Assembly (NCBI GenBank): GCA_016290135.1
Contig: JAEESW010000006.1
Location: forward strand, 27,670 to 91,669
Direction: 5' to 3'
Length of the DNA: 64,000 nucleotides
From: a bacterium
GTDB lineage: Bacteria > UBP6 > UBA1177
The number at the start of each line of letters is the position of its first letter. The stretch's first letter is position 1. Below the pieces are notes generated by a model, which saw only the letters and a list, made by a program, of their open reading frames with translations, did no database searches and was not told where the DNA came from. Made by a program: the position numbers and the translations under genes. Of this stretch, positions 61,815-64,000 are shown piece by piece.

Positions 61815-63179
61815 ATGGTAAAAAAACAGATCTTCGGAACAGACGGAATCAGAACGACAGCCAATGTTTATCCCCTCACTCCGGAATCAGCCGTAAAAGT
61901 AGGAAAAGCGGTGACACGCTGGTTCCAAAAGAAGGATCCTGCAAAAAGGATCGTTGCTGCGATAGGCACAGACACGCGAATCTCATCGGAAATGCTCAGT
62001 GCAGCGGTTTCTGCCGGAATAATGAGCGCAGGCGGCAATGTGACCGACCTCAAAGTGGTCTCTACTCCGCTCGTCAGCGACTTCGTAAGAACCAACAAAT
62101 GCGATTTCGGCATCGTCATTTCGGCGAGCCACAACCCTTTTGAAGACAACGGGATCAAGATCTTCAATTCAAAAGGAGAAAAACTGAACGACTCTCAGGA
62201 ACTTGAGATCGAAGCGCTGTTTTTTGATGAAAACACTGCGGAAAATCCTGTCGGAGACAAGATCGGGACAGCGAAGATCGCCGAAAATCCTGAATTCGAC
62301 TACGTTTCAAGGATAGTCAGGGCATTCGAAGCACTCAAAGATTCAGAAATAAAGATCTGCATCGACTGCGCGAACGGAGCGACTGCAAAGATCGCGAAAA
62401 AAATATTCTCCGCTTTCCCGAAAATGGAGAAATTCTTCTTTTTTACCGAAGCGAACGGTGTCAACATCAACGACAACTGCGGTGCGCTTCACCCTGAAAA
62501 CCTCGCTCCGAAGATACTTGAGCACAAATGTTTTGCAGGTTTCGCCTACGACGGCGACGGAGACCGTCTCATCACGATAGACGAGCTCGGCAGAGTCGTT
62601 GACGGCGACAAGATCATCGGAATAATAGCAAAATATCTTAATAAAAACGGAAGGTTGGCTAAAAATACGGCCGCTGTCACCGTTATGAGCAACGCAGGGC
62701 TTGAAAAGCACCTCAAAAACTGCGGGATAAATCTCGAAAGGACCGATGTCGGCGACAGATACTTAGTTGAAAGGATCAACGAAAAAGGACTCTGCCTCGC
62801 CGGAGAAAACAGCGGACACCTCATCATAAAAGAGATAAATCCGACGGGTGACGGCATCGTAGCATCGCTCATGATACTCAAAATTTTAGCCGAGAGCGGC
62901 AGAAAACTTTCGGTTCTTGCGGACGAGATCGAACTTTTCCCGCAGATCCAGGCGAAAGTTAAGATCAAAGGTGAAAAGATCCCAATAGAAGAGATCCCGG
63001 GACTCTGCGAGCTCATAAAATCGCAGGAAGCTCTGCTTGACGGCGGCAGGATGCTCGTCCGTTACAGCGGAACAGAACCTGTAATGCGCGTCATGGCGGA
63101 AGGACCCGACAGTGTGAAAGTTCAGAATGCAGTTGATAAAGTTGCTGATTTTGTTAAAGAATTTAACGGAGGAAAATGA
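61815..63179 (+). CDS. glmM: phosphoglucosamine mutase
   Basis: It contains IFGTDGIRT. ISASHNP has the phospho-serine loop. FAYDGDGDR is the metal-binding loop. The ORF is 454 aa. Confidence 0.9.
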   Translation: MVKKQIFGTDGIRTTANVYPLTPESAVKVGKAVTRWFQKKDPAKRIVAAIGTDTRISSEMLSAAVSAGIMSAGGNVTDLKVVSTPLVSDFVRTNKCDFGIVISASHNPFEDNGIKIFNSKGEKLNDSQELEIEALFFDENTAENPVGDKIGTAKIAENPEFDYVSRIVRAFEALKDSEIKICIDCANGATAKIAKKIFSAFPKMEKFFFFTEANGVNINDNCGALHPENLAPKILEHKCFAGFAYDGDGDRLITIDELGRVVDGDKIIGIIAKYLNKNGRLAKNTAAVTVMSNAGLEKHLKNCGINLERTDVGDRYLVERINEKGLCLAGENSGHLIIKEINPTGDGIVASLMILKILAESGRKLSVLADEIELFPQIQAKVKIKGEKIPIEEIPGLCELIKSQEALLDGGRMLVRYSGTEPVMRVMAEGPDSVKVQNAVDKVADFVKEFNGGK

Positions 63180-64000
63180 TGAAAAAATTCTCTATCCTAT
63201 TTTTCGCAATGCTTTTCTGCTTTGTATGTTCATGCGGAAGTTCAGGCAGCAAAGAAAAAAACGATTCCGACAAAATTGACGGAAACGACATCGACACAAC
63301 GGATGATTCAGACAATGCCGATGCTCCCGACACAGACAAGACGAATGATTCGGACACTCAGGAAGCCGCAAGCGACGGCGACACTGAAAATGTCAACGAT
63401 TCAGACACGGTCGAAAGCGGGATCTGCTCGCCCAATCCGTGCGACACAGAAGAAAACCGCGCTGCGCACAAATCGAGATGCATGCCTGAAAATGAAGGGA
63501 CTGCCTACTCTTGCGTCTGCGATGTATCCTACTACTCTTACGACGGCATCTGCTGCCCTGCCCATTCATCGAACAAAGGCGGGAAATGCCAGTGCGACAA
63601 ATATTATGTCGCGACCGAAGAAGATCCGGGAACATGCGTCGCCGAGTGCACCGAAAACACGATCGAAGGCCTTAACGGCTACTGCAAAGACGGCTTGTTC
63701 TGCCAGCAGGGAGTCTGCATAAAAGACCGCTGCGCCGGATACACCTGCCCCGAAAACAGCACCTGCACGACAAAAAACGACGAGGCATTCTGCCAGTGCG
63801 AAAGCCCGCTGCAGATGAGCAACGGAAAGTGCTGCCCGCAGAATTCGACGAATGTAAACGGGACCTGCAAATGCGACGCCGGTTACGAACTCAGCGGAAA
63901 CGAATGCAAAATGAGCGCGAACAACCCGTGCAGGACAAAGCCGTGCAGTCAGGCCCACCACTCGGAACCGAACCAGAACAGGTGCGTTCCCGACTCAAGC
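63179..64000 (+). CDS. lipoprotein with an acidic region and EGF-like Cys-rich repeats; partial, continues past the window end
   Basis: My hand translation reads MKKFSILFFAMLFCFVCSCGSSGS... (lipobox), then a D/T/N-rich segment, then repeated C..NPC...C.C motifs. The frame is open to the last base. It is not in the ORF track because it has no stop. The ATG overlaps the glmM stop. Confidence 0.55.
   Translation, partial: MKKFSILFFAMLFCFVCSCGSSGSKEKNDSDKIDGNDIDTTDDSDNADAPDTDKTNDSDTQEAASDGDTENVNDSDTVESGICSPNPCDTEENRAAHKSRCMPENEGTAYSCVCDVSYYSYDGICCPAHSSNKGGKCQCDKYYVATEEDPGTCVAECTENTIEGLNGYCKDGLFCQQGVCIKDRCAGYTCPENSTCTTKNDEAFCQCESPLQMSNGKCCPQNSTNVNGTCKCDAGYELSGNECKMSANNPCRTKPCSQAHHSEPNQNRCVPDSS

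Noticed and set aside
1-64000. CRISPR arrays, rRNA/tRNA genes, transposases or integrases
   Set aside because: There are no short regularly spaced direct repeats with unique spacers and no cloverleaf-like GC-rich ~75-nt islands in intergenic regions. None of the ORFs has DDE, HUH or tyrosine-recombinase motifs. The only repeated intergenic sequence is the 58-nt element reported above.

Overview
The window looks like a Fibrobacter-type chromosome (about 45-48% GC by eye) and falls into two parts. Domain names throughout come from my recall of sequence patterns, not from database searches.

Left part, about 0.9-34 kb. It opens with a divergent partial gene and recX. Then comes an uninterrupted array of about 30 minus-strand genes. 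Almost all of them encode secreted proteins or lipoproteins; about half have an LxxC lipobox. At least 15 end in a domain marked by ...W(R/H)LP(T/N)(I/V)(D/E)EL(R/K)xL... and a terminal (Y/F)(V/A)RC(V/I)R. This matches my recollection of the Fibrobacter succinogenes major paralogous domain (TIGR02145, Fib_succ_major), which I recall as related to the DUF1566 'Lcl C-terminal' fold. Some of these proteins also carry EGF-like Cys-rich repeats, carboxypeptidase-regulatory-like beta-sandwich domains, or a repeated ~35-aa two-Cys N-terminal motif. The array also contains a second paralogous lipoprotein family and small CarboxypepD_reg-like lipoproteins. Embedded in it are murJ, a TonB-like protein, an AAA ATPase (DUF4143-type) on the plus strand, an ABC ATPase/permease pair, and an XRE-HTH protein fused to a nucleotidyltransferase. 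murJ is translationally coupled on both sides to genes that fuse Fib_succ_major to a TonB_C/AgmX-PglI-like domain.

Right part, about 34-64 kb. It carries housekeeping genes: pta, a class-I aminotransferase, ribF, mreB-mreC, dnaE, lepA and glmM. It also holds two tandem paralogous ~1030-aa secreted DUF11-type proteins whose C-termini carry an LPXTG-like tripartite signal (GGCAV-x2-LPET[ST]-hydrophobic-KK). A tightly packed seven-gene Wzz/Wzx/Wzy/glycosyltransferase polysaccharide locus sits on the minus strand and runs directly into dnaE. A partial Cys-rich lipoprotein runs off the right end.

No rRNA, tRNA, CRISPR arrays, transposases or integrases were seen. A ~58-nt intergenic element occurs at least twice in near-identical form and once more in degenerate form. 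A GTGCAAA repeat cluster lies upstream of the HTH-nucleotidyltransferase gene. Many plus-strand ORFs in the track are antisense shadows of minus-strand genes.
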